The notes under the pieces were generated by a model. That model searched no databases. It worked only from the letters and a program-made list of their open reading frames with translations, and was not told the origin of the DNA. Made by a program: the position numbers and the translations under genes. Shown in pieces: positions 37,624 through 50,219 of a stretch of DNA of 64,000 bases. The stretch is from Mobula hypostoma (taxonomy: Eukaryota): contig NC_086108.1 of the NCBI RefSeq assembly GCF_963921235.1, forward strand, positions 21,514,001 through 21,578,000, written 5' to 3'. The stretch's first letter is position 1. Each line of letters begins with the position of its first letter.

Positions 37624-39395
37624 GGGGTGCTGTTGTAGTCTGGTGTACCGACCTCTAACTTGCCGAGGCACAGCGACAACTCGCGGATACCTCCTCTTAT
37701 TTACCCCTCGATCATGACTCCACTAAGGAGCACCAGGCCATTATCTCCCACACCATCACCAACTTTATCAGCTCAGGGGATCTCCCATGCACTGCTACCA
37801 ACCTTATAGTTCCCACACCCCGTACTTCCCGTTTCTATCTCCTACCCAAGATCCACAAACTGCCTGTCCAGGTAGACCCATTGTCTAAGCTTGCTCCTGC
37901 CCCACTGAACTCATTTCTGCATACCTCGACACTGTTTTATTCCCCCCTTGTTCAATCCCTTCCCACTTCGTGAGTCATCTCATGCTCTGAATTTTTTCAA
38001 TGAATTTAAGTTCCCTGGCCCCCACCGCTTTATTTTCACCATGGATGTCCAGTCCGTATATACCTCCATCCCCCACGAGGAAGATCTCAAAGCTCTCCGC
38101 TTCTTTTTGGATTCCAGACCTAACCAGTTCCCCTCTACCATCACTCTCCTCCGTCTAGCGGAATTAGTCCTTATTCTTAATTTCTCCCTTGGCTTCTCCC
38201 ACTTCCTCCAAACTAAAGGTGTAGCCATGGGCACCCGTATGGGTCCCAGCTATGCCTGCCTTTTTGTTGGCTTTGTGGAACAATCCATGTTCCAAGCCTA
38301 TACAGGTATCTGCCCACCACTTTTCCTTCGCTACCGACGACTGCATTGGCGCTGCTTCCTGCACGCATGCTGAGCTCGTTGACTTCATTAACTTTGCCTC
38401 CAACTTTCACCCTGCCCTTAAGTTTACCTGGTTCATTTCCGACACCTTCCTCCCCTTTCTTGATCTTTCTGTCTCTATCTCTGGAGACAGCTTATCTACT
38501 AATGTCTACTATAAGCCTACGGACTCTCACAGCTACCTGAACTATTCCTCTTCCCACCCTGTCTTTTGTAAAGATGCCACTTCCTTCTCACAATTCCTCT
38601 GTCTCCGCCGCATCTGCTCTCAGGATGAGGCTTTTCATTCCAGGACAAAGGAGATGTCCTCCTTTTTTAAAGAAAGGGGTTTCCCTTCCTCCACCATCAA
38701 CTCTGCTCTCAAACACATCTCTCCCATTTCACGCACATCTGCTCTCACCTTATCCTCCTGCCACCCGACTAGGAATAGGGTTCCCCTTGTCCTCACCTAC
38801 CACCCCACCAGCCTCCGGGTCCAACATATTATTCTCCGTAACTTCTGCCACCTCCAATGGGATCCCACCACTAAGCACATCTTTCCCTCCCCCCCCCTTT
38901 ACTCCTTTCCACAGCAATCGCTCCCTATGCGACTCCCTTGTCCATTTGTTCCCCCCATCCCTTCCCACTGATCTCCCTCCCGGGACTTATCCTTGTAAGC
39001 GGAACAAGTGTTACACATGCCCTTACACTTCCTCCCTCACCACCATTCAGGGCCTCAGACAATCCTTCCAGGTGAGACGACACTTCACCTGTTAGTCGGC
39101 TGGTGTGATATACTGTGTCCGGTGCTCCTAATGCGGTCTTCTATATATTGGCGAGACCCAACGCAGGCTGAGAGGTCGTTTCGCTGAACACCGATGCTCT
39201 GTATGCCAGAAAAAGCAGGATCTTCCAGTGGCCACACATTTTAATTCCACGTCCCATTCCCATTCTGATATGTCTATCCACGGCCTCCTCTATTGTCAAG
39301 ATGAAGCCACACTCAGGTTGGAGGAACAACACTTTATATTCCGTCTGGGTAGCCTCCAACCTAATGGCATGAACATTGACTTCTCTAACTTCCGT
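37624..39395 (+). mobile_element. Penelope-like element RT + GIY-YIG endonuclease, frameshifted
   Basis: FYLLPKIHK, FTMDVQSVYTSIP, GVAMGTRMGPSYA, PFLDL, YYKPTDSH, CKRNKCYTC, VIYCVRC...LLYIGET; continues at 43022 after the CR1 insertion. Confidence 0.92.
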
Positions 39396-42300
39396 TATAA
39401 CCATATAATAATTACAGCACGGAAACCGGCCATCTCAGCCCTTCTAGTTCATACCGAATTCTTACTCTCACCTAGTCCCACCAACCTGCACTCAGCCCAT
39501 AACCCTCCATTCCTTTCCTGTCCATATATCTATTATGCTATTAAATGCTGTTCAATTTAACTTTAAACAACAACATCGAACCTGCCTCAACCACTTCTGC
39601 TGGAAGCTCGTTCCACATAGCTACCACTCTCTGAGTAAAGTAGTTCCCCCTCATGTTACCCCTAAACTTTTGCCCTGTAACTCTCAACTCATGTCCTCTT
39701 GTTTGAATCTCCCCCACTCTCAATGGAAAAAGCCTATCCACATCAACTCTATCTATCCCCCCTCATAATTATAAATACCTCTATCAAATCCCCCCCTCAA
39801 TCTTTTACGTTTCAAAGAATAAAGACCCAACTTGTTCAACCTTTTTCTGTAACTTAGGTGATGAAACCCAGGTAACATTCTAGTAAATCTCCTCTGTACT
39901 CTCTCTATTTTGTTGACATCTTTCCTATAATTCGGTGACCAAAACTGTACACAATACTCCAAATTTGGCCTCACCAATGCCTTCTACAATTTCAACATAA
40001 CATCCCAACTCCTATACTCAATGCTCTGATTTATAAAGGCCAGCATACCAAAAGCTTTCTTCACCAGCCTATCCACGAGATTCCACCTTGAGGGAACTAT
40101 GCACCATTATTCCTAGATCCCTCTGTTCTACAGCATTCTTCAATGCCCTACCATTTACCATGTATGTCCCATTTTGATTCGGCCTACCAAAATGTAGCAC
40201 CTCACATTTATCAGCATTAAACTCCATCTGCCATCTTTTAGTCCACTCTTCTATCTGGCCTAAATCTCTCCGAAAGCTTTGAAAACCTACTTCATTATCC
40301 ACAACTCCACCTATCTTTCTTTCTTTTTCAATCTTTTCATTAGTTTCATAAAATATAAACATAACATAATAATAGTACAAAGTTATTGGGAATACATTGT
40401 TGTACTTAACATGAATAATTATAGAACCAAATAATACTTAATTAACAGAACTCCAAATCATATAGGATACCAATGAATAATATAGAACAAAATTGTTTCC
40501 TTTACCTGACACAATTCAATATCCTTCTCCTTAGTGAATACCGAAGAAAAGAAATTGTTCAGAATCTCCCCCATCTCTTTTGGCTCCACACATAGCTGTC
40601 CACTCTGATTCTCCAAAGGACCAATTTTATCCCTCACTATCGTTTTGCTATTAATATAACAGTAGAAACCCTTGGGATATATTTTCACCTTACTTGCCAA
40701 AGCAACCTCGTATCTTCTTTTAGCTTTTCTAATTTCTTTAAGATTTTTTTTATATTCCTCAAGCACCTCATTTACTCCATGCTGCCTATATTTGTTGTAG
40801 ATATCTCTCTTTTTCCGAACCAAGTTTCCAATATCCCTTGAAAACCATGGCTCTCTCAAACTTTTAACCTTTCCTTTCAACCTAACAGGAACATAAAGAT
40901 TCTGTACTCTCAAAGTTTCACCTTTAAATGACATCCATTTCTCAATTACATTCTTCCCATAAAACAAATTGTCCCAATCCACTCCCTCCAAGTCCTTTCG
41001 CATCTCCTCAAAGTTAGCCTTTCTCCAATTAAAAATCTCAACCCTGGGTACAGTCCTATCCTTCTCCATAATTATATTGAAACAAATAGCATTGTGATCA
41101 CTGGACCTGAAGTGCTCCCCAACGCAAACCTCCGTCACCTGACCTATCTCATTCCCTAACAGGAGATCCAACACTGCCCCTTCTCTAGTTGGTACCTCTA
41201 TAGTTTTTTGCAGCAATATATCTTGCACATATTTTACAATCTCCAAACCATCCAGCCCTTTTACAGTATGGGCTTCCCAGTCTATGTGTGGAAAATTAAA
41301 ACCTCCCACAATCACAACATTGTGCTTACTACAAATATCTGCTATCTCCTTACAAATTTGCTCCTCCAATTCTCGCTCTCCATTTGGTGGTCTATAATGT
41401 ACCTCTATAAATGTCACTACACTTTTCCCATTCCTCAATTCCACCCAAATAGCCTCCCTAGACGAGCCCTCTTATCTATCCTGCCAGAGCACCGCTGTAA
41501 TATTTTCTCTGACAAGCAATGCAACACCTTCCCCTCTTGTCCCTCTGATTCTATCATACCTGAAACAATTAAATCCAGGAATACTTAGTTGCCAATCACA
41601 CCCCTCCTGTAACCATGTTTCACTAATAGCTACCACATCATATTTCCAGGTATCAATCCATGCTTTCAGCCCATCCACCTTCCTTATAATGCTCCTAGCA
41701 TTAAAATAAATGCATTTAAGAAATTTTCCACCTCTTACTCTCTGGTTATCACTCATGGTGCAAACAACTTTACTATTTTCTTTTTCTTCCTTCTTCCCTA
41801 CATCTGTTCCAACACTCTGGTTCCCCTCCCCCATCGTATCTAGTTTAATTCCACCGAAGCCTCTCTAGCAAACCTACCTTCAAGAATATTTGTCCCCATC
41901 CAGTTCAGATGTAGACCGTCCCGCCGGAACAGGTCCCACCTTCCCTGGAAAACTGCCCAATTATCTATAAATCTGAAGCCCTCCCTCCTGCACCATGTCT
42001 TCAGCCAAGTGTTGATCTGCGCTATCCTACTATTTCTAAACATGCTTGCATGTGGCACTGGTAGCAATCCTGACCCTAACCCTATCCTGGAGGTCCTGTC
42101 CTTTAACTTGGCACCTAACTCCCTAAACTCACCTTTCAGGACCTCCTCACTCTTCCTACCCACGTCATTGGTCCTTACATGGACCACGACATCCGGCTGC
42201 TCACCCTCCCTCTTGAGAATACCAAGAACTTGATCAGAGATACCACGGACCTTGACACCAGGGATGCAACAGACCATCCGGGATTCTCGATCTTTTCCAC

Positions 42301-43021
42301 AGAACCTCTTATCTATCCCTCGAACTACCAAATCTCCTATCACTACTGCTCTCCTCTTTTCCCTCCTTCCCTTCTGAGTTGAGGATCCCATCTCGGTGCC
42401 AGAGACGCAACCACTGCAACTTATCCCTGGTAGGTCGTCACCATCAACAGTATCTAAAACAATGTACTTATTATTGGTGGGAACGGCCACAGAGGTGCTC
42501 TGCTCATTCTGTCTCTTCCCCTTCCCTCTCCTGACAGTCACCCAGCTACCTGTCTCCTGACTCTTAGGGGTGACTATCTCCCTGTAACGCCTCTCTATTT
42601 CTGCCTCTGCCTCACAAATGATCTGAGGTTCATCCAGCTCCAGCTCCAGTTCCCTAACTCGGTTTGTCAAGAACTGCAGCTGGATGCACCTTTTAGAGGT
42701 GTAGTCATCAGGGACAATTGTGCTCGCCCTGACCTCCCACATCCTGCAAATGGAGCACTCAACTGCCCTAACTGCTGCCTCCATTACCTACTCCTTAGGT
42801 AACTAGATTTATTAAAGGAACTTACCCAACCTTACCTCACTTGGAGTGAAGCTCTTCCTTAGCCTCTGCTCGCCGAAGCCTCAGGAGCCAAAGCCTTCCT
42901 ACTCTGTCTCCCTCTACTGCGTCGCCCACTCCGTTAATCTGCTCTCTTTTAAACACTCCCGCTGCCTCACAGTCCAACTTACACGCGCTTGCACAGTCGT
43001 GGCCCGTTCAACTGCGAAGAA
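39396..43021 (-). mobile_element. CR1 LINE with open ORF1 and internally deleted RT, inserted into the Penelope element
   Basis: ORF1 41840..42784; APE at 40458..41834; ORF2 C-terminus about 39540-40315; ccatata tail near 39400. Confidence 0.93.
41840..42784 (-). CDS. CR1 ORF1p (zinc finger/leucine zipper + SGNH esterase fold), 314 aa
   Basis: CSICRMWE, LTNRVRELELEL, IGDLVVRG, HVRTNDV, RDGLHLN; open reading frame. Confidence 0.8.
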   Translation of the reverse strand: MEAAVRAVECSICRMWEVRASTIVPDDYTSKRCIQLQFLTNRVRELELELDEPQIICEAEAEIERRYREIVTPKSQETGSWVTVRRGKGKRQNEQSTSVAVPTNNKYIVLDTVDGDDLPGISCSGCVSGTEMGSSTQKGRREKRRAVVIGDLVVRGIDKRFCGKDRESRMVCCIPGVKVRGISDQVLGILKREGEQPDVVVHVRTNDVGRKSEEVLKGEFRELGAKLKDRTSRIGLGSGLLPVPHASMFRNSRIAQINTWLKTWCRREGFRFIDNWAVFQGRWDLFRRDGLHLNWMGTNILEGRFAREASVELN

Positions 43022-43445
43022 AATGCCCCACCCTCCCTTCATACCCCGTCCCTTATTTATTTATTATTCTTATTTTCTTTTCTTTTCCCTTTTTATGTCT
43101 CTTTTTTCTCCCTCTTTCCCTCTCACTATAACTCCTTGCCCATCCTCTGGGCTTCCCCGCTCCTTTTCTTTCTCCCTAGGCCTCCCATCCCATGATCCTC
43201 TCCCTTCTTCAGCCTGATATCTCTTTTGCCAATCAACTTTCCAGCTCTTATCTCCATCCCTCCCCCTCGTGTCTTCTCCTATCATTTCAGATCTCCCCTC
43301 CCCCTCCCACTTTCAAATCTCTTACTATCTCATCTTTCAGTTAGTCCTGACGAAGGGTCTCGGCCTGAAACGTCGACTGTACCTCTTCCTATAGATGCTG
43401 CCTGGCCTGCTGCATTCACCAGCATTTTTTTATGTGTGTTGCTTG
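43022..43445 (+). mobile_element. Penelope 3' pseudo-LTR (continuation of 37624-39395)
   Basis: Resumes with aatgcccc, the sequence that follows the ORF stop in the related copy near 56340; same family as 1934-2359 and 11345-11750. Confidence 0.85.
43343..43378 (+). ncRNA. Minimal hammerhead ribozyme motif
   Basis: agtc-ctgacga-agggtctcggcct-gaaac-gtc-gact, identical to the motif at 2032-2067. Confidence 0.8.
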
Positions 43446-44264
43446 TTACAACAGAGCTTGTTTTACTGAGAGATTACTACATTACCAATGTGATCTTAAC
43501 AGAAAAACTGGAAAATACCTGAACAATATCACCCCATCAGGCATAGCACCTATTATTGCCTACATCTGAGTCCATCTTGTGGAACTTAACATCAACTAAG
43601 ACCTGGTTTTGTTCTACCTCATCATTTCACACTTTGCTGACATTGACTCAACCAGCTGAAAAATCCTCAACTTAGACGAAGGTAGCATAAAAATTCACCA
43701 AAATCTTCTTCACAATGTTCAACTCTCAGACATCATGTCAAATGACTTCTATCCTTGGTGGTTTCTCTGGCAAAGTAGCTCTTCAGTTGGAATCATGGGA
43801 AGGTTGGACAAGCTGTCCTTAATGTTGTGCAAGATCTGAATCCACAAAAATAGCTGGGTCATACACTCACTCTGAGCTAAGAACAAACTGCTAAAACAGC
43901 TTACCGGGTCAAGCAGTATCAAAGGGTGGGGGGGCGGGTGAGTAAATGTCAGCAGTTTGGATTGAGAGACCCTGCATCAGGACACATAGGTGCTGCCTGA
44001 CCAGCTGAGTTCCTCGAGCTGTTTTTTTGCACTAGTCTGCAGCTAATGCAGACTCCCTTCAGTCCTGACCTGATGGGTCATGATACTATGGTTAGAAGAG
44101 TTGTTAATAACCACAACATAGATCCATCAATAGATGGTTAACTATTTAACTTAAGTATCAGTCCAGACACAAAGAACCAATAAGGCTGTAGACTCAATGA
44201 AGCCTAGGCTTCCCGTCTGCAACTCATTTTCAAGGTTGCATTCAAAGCACATTCACCTAAGCGC

Positions 44265-47025
44265 CTTTAGGTACATTAAGAGTAAAAGGGTGTTGAGGGA
44301 GTGCATGGATCATCTTAAGATCAGCATGGCAGTCTGTCTGCAGAGCCAAATGAAACTGGTGAGATTTTTAATGGAGTACTGTGCTCAGTTCTGGTCGCCT
44401 CACTATAGGAAGGATGTGGAAACCATACACATACAAAGGGTGCAGAGAATATTTACAAGGATGTTCAAGCAACACACATAAAAGTTGCTGCAGCCAGGCA
44501 GCATCTCTAGGAAGAGGACTGGGGAGCATGCCTTATGAGAATAGGTTGAGTGAATGCGGCCTTTTTTCCTTGAAGCAACAGAGGATGAGAGGTGACCAGA
44601 CAGAGGTGTATAAGATGATGAGAGGCATTAATCGTGTGGATAGTCAGAGGCTTTTCCCCAGGACTGGAATGGCTAGCATGAGAGGGTACAGTTTTAAGGT
44701 GGTTGGAAGTAGGTACAGAGGAGATGTCAGAGGTATGTTTTTTGTGCAGAGAGTGGTGAGTGCGTGGAATGGGCTGCCGGCGACAGTGGTGGAGGCAGAT
44801 ACGATAGGGTCTTTTAAGAGACTTCTGGGCAGGCACATGGAGCTCAGAAAAATAGAGGGCTATGGGTAACCCTAGGTAATTTCTAAGGTAAGGACATGTT
44901 CGGCAAAGCTTTGTGGGCTGAAGGGCCTGTATTATGCTGTAGGTTTTCTATGTTTCTATTTCACTTCCGTTTTTACTGGGGAGAAAACAACAATGGAATT
45001 TGGGGAAATAAGTGGTATTATGTTAGACTACAAACCAGTAGGGAGGAAGTGCTGGTCACCCTAAAGGGCATTAAGTGGATAAGTTATCAGAGCCTAACCT
45101 AGTGTATTCCTGGACCTTGTAGAAAGCTAAAAAAGAAATTCTTGAGGCCCTTGCAGAGATTTTTACTTCACCTCCAGCCACAGGTGAGGACTCACAGGAC
45201 TGGAGAATGGCTAATTTGGTATCATTGCTTAACAAGGGTATCAACCAAAAACAAGTCAGGGAACTACCGACCAATTGGTCTGACATCAGCAAATGCTGGA
45301 AGGAATTTTAAAGCATGAGATCTACCAAATTTGGAGAGACAGGGTCAAATTTGAGACTCTCAACACAGCTTATTGTGTGGGAAGTTATGTCTGACTAATC
45401 TCTTGGAAGTAACCAAGAAGGTAAATGAGGGTAAGGCAGTGACAGTTGTCTGTATGGGCTTTAGCAAGAATATTTACAAGTGCAGGTGAGTCTATAAAGA
45501 TAGATTACAAAGGATCCAGGGAGAGTTTAGACCCATCAGCGCGTCATTTGTTGGTGGGGAGACTGAAGGAGCTGGACTTGGTGTTGAGCATGTTGCTACC
45601 TGCGCCAGAAAGGAATCAGAGGAATTGTGCACAGTCTAAAAGCAAGTGATTGCCTTACTTGCTTTTCTTTTGATTGCAAGACCCTGTTGGACATTGTTAA
45701 TGTGGAATGCTGCAAATCTAATTCAGTGCTTTATTGGTGTGCAGCAGGGGCAGAAAGGAGATAGATGGCTTCAGTCATAGTGAGGGCCAAGCCTAAAGCC
45801 ACCATGTTGCCTGTTTACATCCGGCCAGGAGAAAGGCATTAGAGTCAGCGCGTTTCACTGGAGGCGGTGCGGCATGGTGTCCACGCTGGAGTCGGTGCTG
45901 CCCCCCACCTTCCCTTCCTCACCCCCCATATTCGCTCGGAGGAAGACAAGCTGTATTGTGTTTGACTGCAGACTGCTGCACCATTCGTGGATTCAGGACT
46001 ATAATTTGTGTGACTGCATTTTACTGATATCTCATATGTCTACTAGCTTATAGTCATAGTCATAACCATAGTCATACTTTATTGATCCCAAGGGAAATTG
46101 GTTTTCATTACAGTTGCACCATAAATAATTAAATAGTAATAAAACCATAAATAATTAAATAGTAATATGTAAATTATGCCAGGAAATAAGTCCAGGACCA
46201 GCCTATTGGCTCAGGGTGTCTGACCCTCCAAGGGAGGAGTTGTAAAGTTTGATGGCCACAGACAGGAATGACTTCCTATGACGCTCTGTGTTACATCTCG
46301 GTGGAAAGAGTCTCTGGCTGAATGTACTCCTGTGCCCAACCAGTCCATTATGTAGTGGATGGGAGACATTGTCCAAGATGGCATGCAACTTGGACAGCAT
46401 CTTCTTTTCAGACACCACCGTCAGAGAGTCCAGTTCCATCCCACAACATCACTGGCCTTACACAATGAGTTTGTTGATCCTGTTGGTGTCTGCTACCCTC
46501 AACCTGCTGCCCAGCACACAACAGCAAACATGATAGCACTGACCACCACAGACTCGTAGAACATCCTCAGCATCGTCCGACGGATGTTAAAGGACCTCAG
46601 TCTCCTCAAGAAAATAGAGACGGCTCTGACCCTTCTTGTAGACAGCCTCAGTGTTCTTTGACCAGTCCAGTTTATTGTCAATTCATATCCCCAGGTATTT
46701 GTAATGCTCCACCATGTCCACACTGATGCCATATATACTTTATGCTGTGTGTGACTGTTGGTACTGTGTTTTGCACCTTGGCCCTGGAGTAACACTGTTT
46801 CATTAGGCTGTGTTCATGTATGGTTGAAAAACATTAAACTCGTACTAATTGCTTCAGTGGAGGATGCAGAGAGTGATTGTTGAGGGTCATTTCTCAGACT
46901 GGAGGCCTGTGTCAAGTGGCTTTCATCCTGGGACCAATGTTGCTTGGAATTTATGTAAACAATTTGGATGCAACTGTACAAGGTGTTGTTAGTAAGTTTG
47001 TGCATGATATCAAAACAGGTGATGT
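44265..47025 (+). mobile_element. Nested cluster: old CR1 pieces, a younger CR1 3' end (about 44370-44960) and an unclassified element (about 45530-46845)
   Basis: YCAQFWSP and AWNGLP motifs; tctatgtttcta tail; older CR1 RT resumes at about 46850. Confidence 0.65.
46050..46730 (-). mobile_element. Rex1/Babar 3' fragment
   Basis: FLRRLRSFNI, SHPLH, RHRKSFLSVAIKLYN; (atagtc)n tail near 46050-46075. Confidence 0.85.
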
Positions 47026-47079
47026 ATGTAATGCCCTGGTTAAGATTTTTACTGCTATGCTGTAGGTATTTCATTTCAA

Positions 47080-47572
47080 CACTCACAACACGTTGGAGGA
47101 ACTCAGCAGGTCGGGCAGCATCCGTGGAAATGATCAGTCAACGTTTCGGGCGGAACCCTTCGTCAGGACTGAAGAGGGAAGAGGCAGAGACGCTATAAAG
47201 AAGGTAGGGGGAGGGTGGGAAGGAGAAGGCTGGTAGGTGCCAGGTGAAAAACCAGTAAGGGGAAAAATAAAGGAGTGGGGGAGGGGAAGGGGAAGCAGGG
47301 AGGGGCTAGGCAGGAAAGGTGAAGAAGGAATAGGGGAAAGCACAATGGGTAGTAGAAGGAGGCAGAACCATGAGGGAGGTGATAGGCAGCTGGGAGAAGG
47401 GCAGAGTGATCTGGGATAGGGGACAGGAGGGGGAGGGAATTACCGGAAGTTGGAGAATTCCATTTTCATACCAAGGGGCTGGAGACTACCCAGACGGTAT
47501 ATGAGGTGTTGCTCTTCCAACCTGAGTTTAGCCTCATCATGGCAGTAGAGGAGGCCATGTATGGACATATCC
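47080..47572 (-). mobile_element. Penelope-like 3' fragment (GIY-YIG C-terminus + pseudo-LTR)
   Basis: Minus strand KLRLEEQHLIYRLGSLQPLGMKMEFSNFR-stop, followed by a hammerhead-bearing end. Confidence 0.85.
47135..47171 (-). ncRNA. Minimal hammerhead ribozyme motif (GUU site)
   Basis: CAGUC-CUGACGA-AGGGUUCCGCCC-GAAAC-GUU-GACUG, with a 5-bp stem I. Confidence 0.75.
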
Positions 47573-47619
47573 GCTTCGACTCTGCTTCACATTCCCATTC
47601 GGAAACCAATTTTTTTGAG

Positions 47620-47742
47620 AACGAGAGAGCGCAAGAGTGAGCGCGAGAGAGAGCAAGAGAGAGTGCGACAGTGAGAGTGAGAGAGAGAGAGAGAGAGAGA
47701 CAGAGAGACAGAGAGAGACAGAGAAATAGAGAGAGATAGAGA
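47620..47742. repeat. Imperfect (GA)n microsatellite
   Basis: Seen directly. Confidence 0.9.
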
Positions 47743-47744
47743 TT

Positions 47745-48587
47745 TTCACTGCAATAATTGCAGAAAAGTACGACTTTATTTTTGGAAGGATACATCGGTT
47801 TAGGGCATATTTGCAAGATGGTTTGAGTCCTTACAAAGAACTGTATGATAGAAAAATGCGTGAGGCTCAGCAGTCAAGCATACTGTCGTTATGCCGATTG
47901 CATCGCCTCCGATCTGGGCTGACATTTATGTGCCGGGCAGCACCTAATTAATTAGCTTGTTTATTTCAGCTTTTTTCTTAAAGATATGTTGGGTGTCTCC
48001 CGGCCACCGCTGCACCCCTGCACGCTTCACAGATCGGTATCAGTTCGCTGCCCGGAGGGTGGGGGCCACTGCACCACCCCAACCTCCAACCACTCAGCCT
48101 AATACACCATCATCAGTGTGCTCAGTCTTCCCGATTCCCGTAAGTGATATTACACAGTACGTACGTTATTTCTACTTTATATAGGCTGTGTATTTTTATG
48201 TGTTATTTGGTATGATTTGGCAGCTTCATAGCTTAAAGGTTACTCGAGAGTGTTTTTGCCGAGAGCGCATGCGTGAGATTTTCTGCTGAGAGCGCTTGCG
48301 TGAGATTTTCGCTACGGAGAACAGTGCAGGCAATGATTGTAGGGAACTATTTCTACTTTATATAGGCTGGGTATTTATCACATATCATTCCTGCTTTTAC
48401 TATATGCTACTGTTATTTTAGGTTTTATGTGTTATTTGGCATGACTTGGTAGGTTATTTTTGGGTCTGCGAATGCTCACAAATTTTTCCCATATAAATAA
48501 ATGGTAATTGCTTCTTCGCTTTACGACCTTCCGGCTTATGAACCGTTTCATAGGAACGCTCTACCTTCGGATGGCGGGGGAAACCCG
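47745..48587. mobile_element. Tigger-like DNA element, partial
   Basis: Terminal ...ggatggcgggggaaacccg followed by TA; inverted relative to the copy at 50220. Confidence 0.75.
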
Positions 48588-48589
48588 TA

Positions 48590-50160
48590 CTTGAAATTCT
48601 AAACACTTTCAACCTCAGCACCGTTGATGCAAACACTGCCCCACTTCCTGAAGCTAATAACCAGCTCTTTTGTTTTGTTTACATTGCGAGGAACGTTGTT
48701 GTCATGAAACCAAGTCACTTGGCTCTCTACCTCCTTCTGTATGTTGGCTTATTGCTATTTGAGATATAGCTCACTGCAGTGGTATTATCTGTAAACTTAT
48801 AGATGGAGTTAGATCAGAATCTGGCCACATATTTGTGAGTGTATACAGAGTAGAAGGCTAAGGGCGCAACCTGGCGGGGCATCAGTATTGAGGATAATCA
48901 TGTAGAGGTGTTACTGCTGATCCTTACTGGTCACAGCATCAAAGATCCGGTTGCAAAGGAAGGTGTTAAGCCCCAGATCTAAGAGTTTGACACTGAATTT
49001 GTTTAGAATTAAAGCATTGAAGGATGAGCTTCAGTCAATAAACAATACTCTAACCAGGTGTCTTTATTGTCCGTATGCCTCAGTGGTGAGTGTAGAGACA
49101 GGGAGATGATATCTGCCATAGACCTGTTTTTGGTGGTAGGTGAATTGCTGTGGATTAAGGTTGTGTGGAAAACTGGAATTAAATGCATGCTAATGACCAG
49201 TACTTCATGATGGTGCATGTCAGAGCCACTGGGTTACCTTGTTTTTCTTTGCTACTGGGATGATTGTGGTTTCTTCAAGCTGGTGGAAACCTCAGACTAA
49301 GGGAGAAGTTAAAAATGTCTGCAATACCCCCACCAATTGATTGGTGTAGGATTTAAGGACACAGACAGGGATACCGTTCTGTGAGTTCACTCTCTGGAAG
49401 ACTGATCTTGAATTCACAATGGTAACTGTGAGATCAAATTTTGTCCACAATGGTCAGCCGCTAATCTTGTCATCTCCATTGTCCTAATCACTGAGATGGC
49501 CATCTCTATCCTCATTCTGTTTTCATGTATGTTCACAACTTCAGTTCTTATGTTTGAACCTAACAATGGTCTCTCCCAAGTCAATGCTCATCTACTTAGT
49601 CCATGAAATTCATCTTCTGATCTCTCAATGATATTACTGAATTGCTGATTACTAAACATATGTTCCAAACCTCCATTAAACAATTTCATCCCCATCTTCA
49701 AACTAGATGTCACCACTATTTTTTTGAAAAAAAATCACCCAGCTATTTCTATGTATCAAGACCCGGCCAAAGAATCATTTGCATTGTGTCCTCTTCCCAT
49801 TACTTCATAGTATTCTGAATGAATTTATGCTTGGCCCTCTCTTACTTCTCATCTGCATGCTGTCCTTCGTGAGTACTGGTTTCTATCTATTCACGATACC
49901 AAGGAGAACCTCACCACTATGTCAATGGTTTGTGTCACAAAAAGTGTTCATCCTATTTTTCCTTGTTGTGCATTGACGTATTCAAATGCTGCATCCTGTA
50001 CTCTCTCCCTGAACTCCTCTAATTTCTCTTTCCACATCAAGACTTTCTTTAAAATTTACATTTTTGTCCAAGTTTCTGGTCAACTTTCCAAATATTTCTT
50101 CATATGGAGTAGCTCATTTGAAGCGTTGCCTATTTTAAAAGCATACATGAAAGCTGTGTT
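48590..50160. mobile_element. Old LINE fragments (Rex1-like on minus, L2-like on plus)
   Basis: Highly decayed RT remnants (e.g. VRILFIDxSSSFNA-like near 49010-49060). Assignment tentative. Confidence 0.45.
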
Positions 50161-50219
50161 GCTGTTGATAAATTTACTCAGCAGCCTGTGTGATGATCAA
50201 AACTGACTGATCAGTAGTA

